From sequence record NC_048173.1: a stretch of DNA of 64,000 nt. One strand, 5' to 3'. Every line of letters starts with the position of its first letter. Position 1 is the stretch's first letter. Of the stretch, positions 42,409 through 52,688 are shown piece by piece. Made by a program: the position numbers and the translations under genes. The notes under the pieces are model-generated. The model was given only the letters and a program-made list of their open reading frames with translations, made no database searches and was not told the DNA's origin.

Positions 42409-43018
42409 AGCCCTTACTTGCCGCAATTTTCATCAGCTCATCATTGAGCTTTTGCAAGTCGTCAGCACGCTTTTGTAAAGTCGCCACTTGTTCCTCCAGT
42501 GGCACCGCGTCACGAATGTTCTGTTTACGCTTACTTTCCATTTCCACGTGCTGGGCGTTGTCGACCTGACCTTCGTAGCGCATTGTGGAGATATACGGCG
42601 TAGGGATAATACCCAACTTACCCTGCAGGTAGTTTGTGAAGTCCCCAGTGAAGGCTTGCACATCTACATAGTCAGGCAGAAGGGCTAAGTCCACCACCAA
42701 CACATTCCGGTTGTACTTTAACCCGGTTAACCCCGGGTAGGAAGACAGGTACGTGTTCGGCACATAACGCACTTCACCGTCGTTTGCCTTGAACACCAGA
42801 ATCGATGCACTCGCCGCCGCATCAGCCTTATAATCGGCCTGAGTGATGTTATGAGGCGCATAGTACGTGTCGTATACCGGCTTATTGTTGCGTTCTAACT
42901 CCGGGAAGGTACGAATCGCGTCTAAGCGATAGATAACCCCTTGCGGTAATTCAAACGGCGAGAGACAGATAAATGTCCCTTCGCAGTTGATGGGGGGCGT
43001 TAGTGGTTTACGCGCCAT
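42407..43018 (-). CDS. Putative virion structural protein (203 aa)
   Basis: TAAGGAG RBS. Co-transcribed with 43028-44365. Structural role inferred from recalled phiKZ-like homology. Confidence 0.55.
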   Translation of the reverse strand: MARKPLTPPINCEGTFICLSPFELPQGVIYRLDAIRTFPELERNNKPVYDTYYAPHNITQADYKADAAASASILVFKANDGEVRYVPNTYLSSYPGLTGLKYNRNVLVVDLALLPDYVDVQAFTGDFTNYLQGKLGIIPTPYISTMRYEGQVDNAQHVEMESKRKQNIRDAVPLEEQVATLQKRADDLQKLNDELMKIAASKG

Positions 43019-43027
43019 TTATTCTCC

Positions 43028-44365
43028 TTAGACGACTTCAGGCCAGACCGAAGTGCGACTGAGCACACGGTATTCCACGTTCTCATGTTCGAAGACGTAG
43101 AAGGCCAGCTCTTTGTTGTTTTCATCAACAACCTTCACCACATCGGTGGTGCCGGCATACGGATGGTACTCTTCAGCTGCAATCAAAGCCTGAATGTACA
43201 GACGAATCCACTCGGTGGTGGGTTTCGATACGCGTGAGATTTCACTGGACGACGTAGAAATTAATGCGTAGTCCTTGATGGTCTCATGCAGTGTCTTTTT
43301 ATTGTCTGCGTTTTCAGGTCCGCTGATGCACACTGCACTCAGTGATTTGTACTGGGCAGGGACGAGACAAACATCGGTGGTTGGGAGTTTGTGCGGATTA
43401 TCTTCATCGATAGCCGCCGTAGACCATTCACCAAACGCGTCAATCGACTTCAGGATGAAATCGTATGGCAACATCGGGGAGTACAGTGAAGCGACATCTT
43501 CCATGTTTGGAATGCCGCGAATCTTCCACCCCGGAATAAAGGTAAAGCGTGTGGTCGAGAACAAATCTGGGAAGACTTTTGCCCAGTCCTTTCGGCTATA
43601 CCCCGACTGCGACAGAACCGCATCTTGATACGCTTCTTTGACGTAGGTCGGATTGCGACCCTGTGGGCCGTAAATGATACAGGTAAAGACAATATTCGGG
43701 ATAGTGGATTCACTGTCCTCACGGTCATGCCAGGTGTAGTAGTTTGTCTGGATGGCCGTATAGGGGAACTTGTTTGCCATCTCGTTCACTTTATCGTGAT
43801 GGTCAGGCAACGTCCACCCTGCTAATGCTTTTTCGACCACTGTCTTAACTGACTGGAAAGTGTCGATAGGATTCAACATCAAAATGACTTCGATGTCATA
43901 GCCACGGTAATCCTTGGCAAAATCTGCATCGGAGAACCAGAGACGGATTTCGTTCTCTTCCTGCCCTTCGAGCGTGTAGGCAATCCAACGTGGGAACCAG
44001 TTCCCCTTGCCTTCCACCATCGCGCCGGTAGAAACCTTAGAAATTTTGGATGAAAACTGTCCGACCAGCAGACGTTGGAACTCGACCTCGTCGTTTTTCA
44101 ACACGCCGTTAATCGCTTGTGAGTAGATCCACTGCGTAACTGTTAAAACGTTATCGGAGAACGACGACGGAACAGTAATGGCTACCTTATCTCGTTTCGA
44201 GGTGAAGGCAACCAGTTCCACCTGGGCGTTTGCTTTACTAAACCATTGTTTATCTTTAGCAAAGCTGGTAGCATACTCTGAGAGCTCCCCTACAGGAGCT
44301 GTAACACCGCCGGGTGTATTGTCTTTCAGCGGGCCAATATTGATGAACCCTTGTAAATCGTACAT
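43028..44365 (-). CDS. Putative virion structural protein (445 aa)
   Basis: MYDLQGF..L.DN..G..APVGELS N-terminus resembles a conserved phiKZ-like virion protein, from recall. Confidence 0.6.
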   Translation of the reverse strand: MYDLQGFINIGPLKDNTPGGVTAPVGELSEYATSFAKDKQWFSKANAQVELVAFTSKRDKVAITVPSSFSDNVLTVTQWIYSQAINGVLKNDEVEFQRLLVGQFSSKISKVSTGAMVEGKGNWFPRWIAYTLEGQEENEIRLWFSDADFAKDYRGYDIEVILMLNPIDTFQSVKTVVEKALAGWTLPDHHDKVNEMANKFPYTAIQTNYYTWHDREDSESTIPNIVFTCIIYGPQGRNPTYVKEAYQDAVLSQSGYSRKDWAKVFPDLFSTTRFTFIPGWKIRGIPNMEDVASLYSPMLPYDFILKSIDAFGEWSTAAIDEDNPHKLPTTDVCLVPAQYKSLSAVCISGPENADNKKTLHETIKDYALISTSSSEISRVSKPTTEWIRLYIQALIAAEEYHPYAGTTDVVKVVDENNKELAFYVFEHENVEYRVLSRTSVWPEVV

Positions 44366-44385
44366 ATAACTACTCCGAGGTAAAT

Positions 44386-44898
44386 ATGGTAGCGGGTATA
44401 ATTAAGCTCCTACCACTATTGACGTTTCTGCTGGAAGTATTCAAAACTGACGACGGGAAATTCACCGCGAAAGCTAAGGCGTTTTGTCTCGCCATGTTCG
44501 CAGTATTCAGTTTCGCTGCTTACGTTTCGTACGCATACGTTCAGCAGTTTCACGCTTTAGTGGAACTGAAAGCTCATCAGCAGTACCTGATAAAGTCCGA
44601 AGGTGAGGCAGTCGGTCGTGCTCTACGTTTAGAGAACAGGATAACCGAGTTGGAAAACAAACTCGATATCTGCCGCTCCCGGCCGCCATATGAAGGTGCG
44701 TCATTAAAGCAGCCACCTCCAAAAGCAGCAGACATTGTCCCTATCCCAGTCGTAACAAAACCCGCCCCGATTCCCAAACGTCCCATTCCTTTCACTCCCG
44801 ATGCTATCACTCACGTGACAGCTATCCCTCCTCGTGAGGATAAAGAGAAAGGAATTGCCGACCGCATGGATAAAATCACAAGGCACATTAATAATTAG
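44386..44898 (+). CDS. Putative inner-membrane spanin (Rz-like)
   Basis: N-terminal hydrophobic segments, coiled coil (RALRLENRITELENKL) and Pro-rich tail. Directly upstream of a lipoprotein. Confidence 0.55.
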   Translation: MVAGIIKLLPLLTFLLEVFKTDDGKFTAKAKAFCLAMFAVFSFAAYVSYAYVQQFHALVELKAHQQYLIKSEGEAVGRALRLENRITELENKLDICRSRPPYEGASLKQPPPKAADIVPIPVVTKPAPIPKRPIPFTPDAITHVTAIPPREDKEKGIADRMDKITRHINN

Positions 44899-44906
44899 AG
44901 GTTTGT

Positions 44907-45353
44907 ATGCCGTGGGTAATTTTGTTTTTAGCAATGGCAGTGTCAAGTTGTTCGCAGTTTGGTGGCCGTTATACGGGTCCAGTTCAACAGCTCAAGGATG
45001 GGCCGAACGTCTCGGAATACCAGACCAGCCAACGTAACGATGCCGCGTTGCGTGAATACGTCACCGCGGTTAATCTTTACGCCTTCTATGTCTTCAACTA
45101 CACCAAGTCCCTGAACGAGTATGCCGCCAGTCATGGGTGGAAAGCGCTACCCATGTCTCCACTGTGTGAGCAATACCAGATGCCCGGTTTGATGGACATC
45201 CCGGATTTCATGTTCCGGCGTGGGATTAAAACAGACGAAGAGGTAGACTTGGCACTAGCCGACTACATTCGTCGATTACGAGTACGCATGGAAGAAAATG
45301 CGCAGCGGGTTAACGATGCATTTGTTAAACACCGCGCTGCATGCATGTACTGA
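44907..45353 (+). CDS. Putative outer-membrane spanin lipoprotein (Rz1-like)
   Basis: MPWVILFLAMAVSSC lipobox (VSS-C). Small helical body. Confidence 0.55.
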   Translation: MPWVILFLAMAVSSCSQFGGRYTGPVQQLKDGPNVSEYQTSQRNDAALREYVTAVNLYAFYVFNYTKSLNEYAASHGWKALPMSPLCEQYQMPGLMDIPDFMFRRGIKTDEEVDLALADYIRRLRVRMEENAQRVNDAFVKHRAACMY

Positions 45354-45358
45354 AAAAT

Positions 45359-45395
45359 GGGGTCTGTCCTTCGGGGCAGTCCCTTTTACTTTTTT
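45359..45395 (+). terminator. Intrinsic terminator
   Basis: GGGGTCTGTCC-TTCG-GGGCAGTCCC followed by TTTTACTTTTTT. Confidence 0.75.
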
Positions 45396-45437
45396 ACGCT
45401 ATGACCTAATAGTGTGTATACAATAAGGAGACTGCCA

Positions 45438-46166
45438 ATGGCGATTTATATTCCCAAACTTCCGGTCATCATTCATGCTTTTGACTGCGAAACCAAAGCG
45501 TTACGTCCTAACGCCTACATCCTGAGCATGGGTGGTTCAACGTTTGATGTGGCAACGTTAACTATGTTGGGTTGCACCTACGTTGCGGTTGACCCGAATG
45601 ACCCTGAGGCAGATAAAATCTTCGAAACTGACTCGGGCACAGTAGCATGGTGGAACGGTGAAGGCAACCCGGACTATGCCCCAACCCCTGAGGCTAAGAA
45701 AGCGGCATGGGAAGGCACCACCAAAATTGACGTGGCGCTGAAAATCGTTGTCGAATACTTCGAGGGCTTTAAGAAGTTCGACTCGGTATTGGTTAGCCGT
45801 GGGCCAGAGTTTGACATGCCGATTGTCTGCAATGCGCTGGTTGCTTGTAACCAATTCCAAGGCATCTTCCGTAAGTTCTCAGCTTGTGAGTCTGACCGAA
45901 CTGTAGAACGCTTGATGCTGGCTTTCGGGATTGACATGGACGAGGCCGTAGAAGGTCATAACTGGTTGAAGAAAGGCGAATGGGTTGAGCATCACCCAAG
46001 CTTTGACTCGGCACGCAGTGCGTATCGTACGGCACGGGCTTATCATTTGGCACACATCGCCAAGAACTTCGGGTTTGATAAAATGCTGTTAGCGCACAAT
46101 GCGCTGCGTGCAGGGAACTATAACCCGGCCTTAGGATTCAAAGGGGAATTCAATGGAGCAGGCTGA
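45438..46166 (+). CDS. DEDDh 3'-5' exonuclease (Rv2179c/RNase T-like)
   Basis: FDCET Exo I, SRGPEFD Exo II and HHPSFDS Exo III motifs. TAAGGAG RBS. Confidence 0.75.
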   Translation: MAIYIPKLPVIIHAFDCETKALRPNAYILSMGGSTFDVATLTMLGCTYVAVDPNDPEADKIFETDSGTVAWWNGEGNPDYAPTPEAKKAAWEGTTKIDVALKIVVEYFEGFKKFDSVLVSRGPEFDMPIVCNALVACNQFQGIFRKFSACESDRTVERLMLAFGIDMDEAVEGHNWLKKGEWVEHHPSFDSARSAYRTARAYHLAHIAKNFGFDKMLLAHNALRAGNYNPALGFKGEFNGAG

Positions 46167-47694
46167 TTTAGCGGTTCTGTATACGGACGGTAGCCACTTC
46201 CCTGACCCGCTGGGGTCAGGTGCTGGCATCTTCGTGTACACCGTTGACAAAGTGGATGAAGGGTTTGCAAACGGGTACAGTTTCCCGGGCATTCCCGAAG
46301 CTATTACGTCGGAGGGGTTCGCACCGATGACGTTGTCTGACCCGAAACCCCTTTTACCAGAAGGACGGGTCAAGTTTTACGAAGCCGTTATTCCGGTACG
46401 CCCATCCTCAGCACAGGTTGGTGAACTGGTGGCGTTTATCGCCGCATTTGACCAGACCCCGTTTAAAGCGAAGAAGTACATTATCTACGCTGATTCCAAC
46501 TACATGATTAATACAGTCACGGACTGGATTTGGGGTTGGGAGCGGAAAGGTTGGTTGCGTGCTGACGGAACACCGTGTGCGAACCTCGACTTACTCAAAC
46601 GCATGATTGTCATTCTGCGTGCGATTAAAGAGCAGGGCATCACGTTGATTGTGCGTAAGATTAAAGCGCACAACGGACACTTCGGTAATGAAGCGGCTGA
46701 CCAGTTAGCCAAACAAGGTGCTGCAGCCTCTGCATTGACGAACGAACATAACTTCACCCCGTTCTGGCGTGAAGCGTATAACGACGTCGCCGATGAAGAG
46801 GACGTACCGGAAGTCTTCAACAAACCGGAACTGCCGGGCGGCGGAATGGATATCACCACCCTGCCGTCTATCATGTCGCACAAATGGCACTACCTGCTTT
46901 CCGAAGAAGAGATGCCGAGCTTTACCTTGGCGAACGGTGAGCGTTGGGAGTATGTGTTGTCTGGCCACCATGCCAAAGACAAGAACGATTTGGTGTTGGT
47001 TGGGAAGTTCCTGCCGGATGCCATGTTCTCCGTGACAATGCACAAAACCGCGCCAAAGAATTTGAAGTTCATCGTTGACGAACATGCGAAGCGTGCATGG
47101 GACGGTGTGCCGATGCTGAAACAGTTCCGTGCCATTACCATGGTGAACGGCGACTACCTCAAACGTAAGAAGTTTGTGGAAGCAGCGAAAGACGGCTTAC
47201 CAGTTGACCAGATGGAATTCAAGTCTGACGGTAACGCGTGGATGTTTGAAGACACCTGCATCAGCTACATGTTGCGACCTGCTCTGCTGTCGTACCGTGC
47301 GCTGGAGATTCGTGATGAACTGGCTGCAATGTTGAAAGACGTTGTGGAAGGGCATCCGAGCGTGGTGTTCAATGACATCACGTCGAACTTCTTTGACGAC
47401 GACCATAAACCGAAAAAGGATTACTACCGTAACGTTGACCGCAGCATTAAGTTGCCGGTGAGCTACCCGGGCAGTGATAAAACTATCGATGTGATTCTGT
47501 CACGGTCTATCGACATGCCGTCCCGTACTGAACTCAACCGCATCTATGAACCGGGCGGGCGATTCGGTATTGCGACGTGGCGTCGGGATACACATTTAAC
47601 GGTCTACGCTCTGGTGTATTTGGGCAAGGATTCACACGGCCTTTGGATGGGATACTACAGCGCTAAGCGTATCCTAACAACAGAACAAATTTAA
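46153..47694 (+). CDS. rnh: Ribonuclease HI with long C-terminal extension
   Basis: LYTDGS, AQVGELVA, YADSNY, W..KGW..N.DL and KAHNGHFGNEAADQLA motifs. Confidence 0.9.
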   Translation: MEQADLAVLYTDGSHFPDPLGSGAGIFVYTVDKVDEGFANGYSFPGIPEAITSEGFAPMTLSDPKPLLPEGRVKFYEAVIPVRPSSAQVGELVAFIAAFDQTPFKAKKYIIYADSNYMINTVTDWIWGWERKGWLRADGTPCANLDLLKRMIVILRAIKEQGITLIVRKIKAHNGHFGNEAADQLAKQGAAASALTNEHNFTPFWREAYNDVADEEDVPEVFNKPELPGGGMDITTLPSIMSHKWHYLLSEEEMPSFTLANGERWEYVLSGHHAKDKNDLVLVGKFLPDAMFSVTMHKTAPKNLKFIVDEHAKRAWDGVPMLKQFRAITMVNGDYLKRKKFVEAAKDGLPVDQMEFKSDGNAWMFEDTCISYMLRPALLSYRALEIRDELAAMLKDVVEGHPSVVFNDITSNFFDDDHKPKKDYYRNVDRSIKLPVSYPGSDKTIDVILSRSIDMPSRTELNRIYEPGGRFGIATWRRDTHLTVYALVYLGKDSHGLWMGYYSAKRILTTEQI

Positions 47695-47695
47695 A

Positions 47696-47716
47696 ATATA
47701 TGTTATCGCGTGATAC
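47696..47716 (+). promoter_or_regulatory. Putative phage promoter
   Basis: ATATATGTTATC..TGATAC. The 12-mer is identical to 54873-54884. Confidence 0.55.
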
Positions 47717-47735
47717 CATTTGAGGAGTAATAACA

Positions 47736-48512
47736 ATGCAAGTAGTAATGAGTTACGAGTTGTCGAAACTGAACGTTGCGTTTCGCAACCGCTTAATGAA
47801 ACACCTCATCACGCGATACTTTGAGGAAAACAAAATCCCCGATACGTGGGCCGAAGAAAAAGAAACGATTGTTGATGAGCTGGATATTCCGGCTCAGTTG
47901 ATTATTAGTCGTCTGTTTGGTGGCTGGTTAGATGCAGCCATTAACTGCGCGAACAGCGGTGACCCGGTCTTCACGCCAGAGTCGTTGGTGGAATACCCGC
48001 ACAACATCGACGACCTGTACGACATGTACGGCTTCGAAAGTGAGAAAGAATACCACCGCGATTTCTCTGGCTACATGGACCAGACCGCGTGGGAGTTTAT
48101 GACCCGTGCATCCGAGTTCCTTACTGAAGATGCGATGCTCGGCTCTATCCACAAATACCTTGTGGATATTGTGGTTGAGTTATACGGCACCATTGCTGCG
48201 TTGCGTACCGGCGGGTGTGTTGGCGTTTGGCACACCTTGGAACAATACGAGCAACAGGTCTGGATGGGTAGACCGGTTCTGTTTGCGATTTACCCGGAAG
48301 ACTACACGGTTCTGCACGAAGGACCGAAGCCAGAAGTGTTTGTTGGGTCTGAGCAGGCGAAAGCCACCACAGGTCAGGGCGAATACTTCTTCCTCTGGGG
48401 TGAGCATATGTTCACATTGTCGAAGATTGACGAGGTTCCTACCGGGTCGGTTATTCGTACTTGTGAATTGACCGACAATGCAGTTAACTGGATTGAAGGA
48501 AACTGTGAATGA
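47736..48512 (+). CDS. Hypothetical acidic protein (258 aa)
   Basis: GAGGAG RBS. Confidence 0.75.
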   Translation: MQVVMSYELSKLNVAFRNRLMKHLITRYFEENKIPDTWAEEKETIVDELDIPAQLIISRLFGGWLDAAINCANSGDPVFTPESLVEYPHNIDDLYDMYGFESEKEYHRDFSGYMDQTAWEFMTRASEFLTEDAMLGSIHKYLVDIVVELYGTIAALRTGGCVGVWHTLEQYEQQVWMGRPVLFAIYPEDYTVLHEGPKPEVFVGSEQAKATTGQGEYFFLWGEHMFTLSKIDEVPTGSVIRTCELTDNAVNWIEGNCE

Positions 48513-49315
48513 AGAAAGTCATCAGCGGTGTAATCACTTCGCTCAAAACGTCCATTCGTAATGAGTGGGATACGTGGTGGGAAAGTGAATTCAGCGTGGC
48601 GACGCCTGAGCATTACCGCCCTTACGTTGAAGGGGTGGGGCAGTTTGGCCAGTTAGGTATCGAGCAGGTTAAAAGCCTGCCGTACTGGACAATGGCTAAC
48701 GATGCAGTGCAGGAGTTTCAGATTCGGCTCTTTGAAGCGCTGTTTAAAGAGTATAACCTATCCGACACCTACGACCATTCGCACTTCATGCATGTACTGC
48801 TGGATGTGTTCGGTGAAACGTGGGATAACGACCTGCAAGCCCTGCTCGACAAAGTAGACACCCACGACTGGGAACACCGTGAAGGATGTGACACGTTCGT
48901 TAAGAACATGATTACCACCTTCATGGACCAGCTTGTGGAAATCATGACGTCCGAATGGTCAGAAGCTTTCTACTTCGGGTTCTTCGAAGAGATGGACGGC
49001 ATCAAGGAAAACTTGCCGGCGTTAGGGATTACGCCGCTGGTCGACCTCCGTGATTTCGCGGCTGACCCGCAGTGTCGTATCTGCATTATCGAAAGTGATG
49101 ACGTGTCCTACGAATCGATTAAGACGTGGGATGGCTCGCAGGAGGTCATCGAATGGCTCCGACAGGGGCTGGAAAATGCCCATCTGCAACGAGTCATCTG
49201 GCTGGTTAACGGTCAGGTGGAACTCGACATGGCACACCGTACGTTGAACACCGGTGACGTCGTTAAGAAATGTCTTTTAAAATTAGGAGCTAACCCAAGT
49301 GCAGTTAATCATTGA
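48509..49315 (+). CDS. Hypothetical acidic protein (268 aa)
   Basis: ATGA-type overlap with the upstream stop. Confidence 0.75.
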   Translation: MKKVISGVITSLKTSIRNEWDTWWESEFSVATPEHYRPYVEGVGQFGQLGIEQVKSLPYWTMANDAVQEFQIRLFEALFKEYNLSDTYDHSHFMHVLLDVFGETWDNDLQALLDKVDTHDWEHREGCDTFVKNMITTFMDQLVEIMTSEWSEAFYFGFFEEMDGIKENLPALGITPLVDLRDFAADPQCRICIIESDDVSYESIKTWDGSQEVIEWLRQGLENAHLQRVIWLVNGQVELDMAHRTLNTGDVVKKCLLKLGANPSAVNH

Positions 49316-49832
49316 TTTTCGTAACCACGATGTATCCGAGGCGCTGCGCAATCTCAGCAACGGCATGAAGACCAATGTTATGCTTCTGATTGAAGAAGCA
49401 TTGAGCATGTCGGAAATCAACCTGTCCGTATCGACGGGTAACGATCATGTGTTTATCAACAACGCTAATTTGGCTGACATTGTAGAGGATGTCATCACCC
49501 GCGAACTGCAGCGTATTTTCGGGCAGGCGGTAACCATTAACACCGGTAATTTCAGTGACGTGAGTGAGTTCCTTGAACTCTGTTCACAACGTTTCGGTGA
49601 AATCTTTAATCGACTGGTTACCGAAGCGCAAGCAACGGAGCTAACCGCGAAGATGTTGGTCGATGGTCAACCCGCGGGCAACTTCAAAGACACCTTAACC
49701 AATCTTATTCCTGCGGAAACGTGGGCGGGTATTGAGAAAGAGTTCGATGAAGGCCGTCAGCAAGCTCTCCGCATTATGCGTACTTCGCTGGAAAGTTTGA
49801 TGGCATCCCTTGAACCGGGGTCAGTCATGTAA
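49299..49832 (+). CDS. Hypothetical protein (177 aa)
   Basis: AGGAG RBS, GTG start. Confidence 0.7.
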   Translation: MQLIIDFRNHDVSEALRNLSNGMKTNVMLLIEEALSMSEINLSVSTGNDHVFINNANLADIVEDVITRELQRIFGQAVTINTGNFSDVSEFLELCSQRFGEIFNRLVTEAQATELTAKMLVDGQPAGNFKDTLTNLIPAETWAGIEKEFDEGRQQALRIMRTSLESLMASLEPGSVM

Positions 49833-49842
49833 GGAGTGGCGT

Positions 49843-50298
49843 ATGCAATACGTCTTCTCGTTATCGTACGACCAACTCTCGATTGCCCATCGGCGTGATC
49901 TCCGTAACGCTATTGCTCGGCTTCGTCGGGCGTTAGCATCGGGGATTGTGTTTTCGCATGGAAAGGGGAGTTGGCGAGGGTGTAGTAAAGCAGTGACTCA
50001 TCAAGCTGTGGGGGAAATTCAACCCCACTTAAAGAAAACACACACAGTTGAGATTAAGCGCGTGGGGACTGCGGAAGCGGTCTTCAAAATCCTTCGGGAT
50101 GCTGCAAACCTTGAAGTCGTATTGCCTGACAATATCCAGTTCGCTGAAAAGACCACGCGTGAACTCTCGCCTGAAGCGAAGGGTCGCATGCAGGGTGCTT
50201 GGCATTACTTCCGGGACACCATTAAGTGGATTACCGATGAAGAACTGCACGAGCAAGCGGAGCGAATATACGCTCAGTTGATTGCTAACAAAAAATAA
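49843..50298 (+). CDS. Hypothetical protein
   Basis: TAAGGAG RBS before ATG 49843. Confidence 0.7.
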   Translation: MQYVFSLSYDQLSIAHRRDLRNAIARLRRALASGIVFSHGKGSWRGCSKAVTHQAVGEIQPHLKKTHTVEIKRVGTAEAVFKILRDAANLEVVLPDNIQFAEKTTRELSPEAKGRMQGAWHYFRDTIKWITDEELHEQAERIYAQLIANKK

Positions 50299-50355
50299 GA
50301 AACTGCCTACTACCCGTGAGGGTAGTAGGTCGGTTTTATGCTTTATCTTTTTTTG
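50290..50355. terminator. Bidirectional intrinsic terminator
   Basis: CCTACTACCC-GTGA-GGGTAGTAGG with flanking A- and T-tracts between convergent genes. Confidence 0.8.
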
Positions 50356-51097
50356 CCAGCGTTTTAATCTGGTCGGTGGTACCGTTAATGCAGTTGGTCA
50401 TCTCGTCAATCTGACGCATGAACAGACCGAGCAACTGTACCCACGCATCACACATGTCCACGAGCTTCACCAGTTCTTTTGCAACGGTCGGGTTGACGTC
50501 TGCTTCACTGATGATTTCACACGAACCGGAAATGGACTCTACCAGATTCAGGGTGTCGTTACGTACGGATTTGCTGATGGAGTCACGCAGAATTTTTGCT
50601 CGGTGGAAGGTTGTTTCCAGCTCACCGGCGGAACGGTAGGTCTTTTCAAACGCACGTTGGTCGATGTTAGCAGCCACGTAGTTCTTAGACAGCTTACCAG
50701 TCAGGTCGTCTGGGTTGACGTTGGACAGTGGGTATTTAAAGCCCGACATGCGGAATGACACCGGCACGGTTAACATCGCAGGGGCGTTAGCCAGTCCTGC
50801 CAGTTCGTTATTGACGGGCTTCAGTACCCCATCAACAATCCCTTCCAGCACCTTCCACACATCTTCCAGTTGTTTGATGTGGTCGAACATGTACGCATTA
50901 AAACCCGGCGGGACTGGAACCTGCATGCCAAGGAAGTTGGCGTACTGCTCACGTTTAATCCATTTGCTAACTTCCTCGACATCGTTGTGGGTGGCCAGTA
51001 CGACGTCGTCTTTCGTGCCGCTGAAGAAACGCGGAACGATGGTGGTCACGTTACTGACCATGGTCGCCATTGCTGGCGCGATGTCACGGATATTCAT
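50336..51097 (-). CDS. Hypothetical protein, possibly structural (253 aa)
   Basis: AAGGA RBS. Helical composition, isolated minus-strand gene. Confidence 0.7.
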   Translation of the reverse strand: MNIRDIAPAMATMVSNVTTIVPRFFSGTKDDVVLATHNDVEEVSKWIKREQYANFLGMQVPVPPGFNAYMFDHIKQLEDVWKVLEGIVDGVLKPVNNELAGLANAPAMLTVPVSFRMSGFKYPLSNVNPDDLTGKLSKNYVAANIDQRAFEKTYRSAGELETTFHRAKILRDSISKSVRNDTLNLVESISGSCEIISEADVNPTVAKELVKLVDMCDAWVQLLGLFMRQIDEMTNCINGTTDQIKTLAKKDKA

Positions 51098-51200
51098 TAT
51101 AAATCCTTGTGGTTAAGGGTCCGAATCATACTAATGATACTTTTTACAACTCGACGATAAGATATGTATAACTAACCCACATTTCAAATGGAGCACTACG

Positions 51201-52679
51201 ATGGCTGGTCCGAAGAAGGCTACTCAAGGTGAGGCTATTCGCCCACGTTTTAATATCTGGACAATTTTTGACCATGCGCTGGGCGAGTACGTAAAGGGCG
51301 ATGACGGCCTGTGGTACCTCAACGGTGGCTTTGGGCACATCATGGGCTTCGCAGGGCGCGGTAACACCTTTAAGTCGTTCCTGCTTGATTACTGTATCAT
51401 GACCATCCTGCTGCGTTATCGTGCAGAGTGGGCATCGAAGTACGACACCGAAGTGTCTGCACAGCTCTCCCGTATGCAGACCGTGGTGCGTTGTGTCTGT
51501 ACAGCGAACGGCTGGGATTTCGATTACGCCGAGCACGCGGTTGAAGTGATGATGGAAAAAGGTTGCTTTAACATGCAATCTTCCGAACTGGTACCGGGCG
51601 AGCAGTGGTGGGCCGACTACATCCGTGATGAAGTTGAAGACCGCTACAAGCAATACATGGCCAGAAAGAACCTGCGTGAGACGCCGTTCCCTGACCCGAT
51701 TCGTAAAGAAAACAAAAAGATGCTCAACCCGTGGGCGTACGGTTGCGATTCTCTGTCTGAGTGGAAAACCTCGAAGATGGAAGATGCCCGTGATGACTCT
51801 AATGTGGGTGACTCTGAGCAGAACGCCTTAGCCGCGCAGGATGCCAAACAGAAGTCCGACATGATGGGTCGTTGGCCGAACGCGTTGGCTCGTGGTCATT
51901 TCTACATGGGCTTTGTGGTTCACATCACTGACAACATGCAGATGGGGCGTATTGAACCGGGCAAGAAGCTCGATGAGTTCAAAGGCAACATCAAGTTCGC
52001 TAACGTGCCGGGCCGTGCGGTAACCTTCCTCACCAACTCCCTGTTAGTAGCGACCCACTCCGGGGACTGTAAACAGCCAAGCAGCTTTAACTCCAAGACC
52101 GGGGTTGAAGAACCGATGTTCCCGTCCGCGGCACTGAAAGGGAAAAGTAGTTCCGTTAACGATCTGAAAATTATCCGTTACACTCAGTTCCGAGCCAAGT
52201 CAGGCCCAACCGGTGTGAAGATGGATATGATCTACTCGCAGGAGCTGGGCTTTATGCCGCACCTGTCGCTGTGGTATTACCTGAAAGAAACCCTGACCGG
52301 TGATTTTGGCTTTAACCGTTCAGGACATTTCTATGAGCTCCAACTCTTGCCGGGTGTGAAATTCGGTCGTACGACTATCTTTGACATGGCGTTAGAGAAC
52401 CGTCGTTTACAGCGTGCGTTAGAAATTACTGCAGGCTTAGCCTACATGCAGAACAACTGGTTCCGTCTGGAGCCGGAGTACCATATCACGCCACAAGAGC
52501 TTTACGACAAAGTGAAGGAAGCCGGGTACGACTGGGATGAAATCCTGGACAACACGGTAGAATATTGGCAGTTTAAAGACCAAGAGACAAAAACGTCCAA
52601 ACGTTGCGTCACTGTGAAGACGCTGTTAGACATGGCGTTGAAAGGTCTTAAGCCGAAGTTCCTCACTGCGAAAAAATAA
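51201..52679 (+). CDS. uvsX: RecA/UvsX-like recombinase
   Basis: Variant Walker A GFAGRGNTFKS, YDTE, Walker B-like GCDSLS and Q.RAKSG motifs. Position matches phiKZ-like gene order. Confidence 0.7.
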   Translation: MAGPKKATQGEAIRPRFNIWTIFDHALGEYVKGDDGLWYLNGGFGHIMGFAGRGNTFKSFLLDYCIMTILLRYRAEWASKYDTEVSAQLSRMQTVVRCVCTANGWDFDYAEHAVEVMMEKGCFNMQSSELVPGEQWWADYIRDEVEDRYKQYMARKNLRETPFPDPIRKENKKMLNPWAYGCDSLSEWKTSKMEDARDDSNVGDSEQNALAAQDAKQKSDMMGRWPNALARGHFYMGFVVHITDNMQMGRIEPGKKLDEFKGNIKFANVPGRAVTFLTNSLLVATHSGDCKQPSSFNSKTGVEEPMFPSAALKGKSSSVNDLKIIRYTQFRAKSGPTGVKMDMIYSQELGFMPHLSLWYYLKETLTGDFGFNRSGHFYELQLLPGVKFGRTTIFDMALENRRLQRALEITAGLAYMQNNWFRLEPEYHITPQELYDKVKEAGYDWDEILDNTVEYWQFKDQETKTSKRCVTVKTLLDMALKGLKPKFLTAKK

Positions 52680-52688
52680 CTTTTGGCC

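Noticed and set aside
46153-52679. Intein or intron in the long RNase H and UvsX genes
   Set aside because: No Cys/Ser..His-Asn splice motifs, LAGLIDADG/HNH motifs or frame interruptions were seen. The extra length looks like ordinary extensions.
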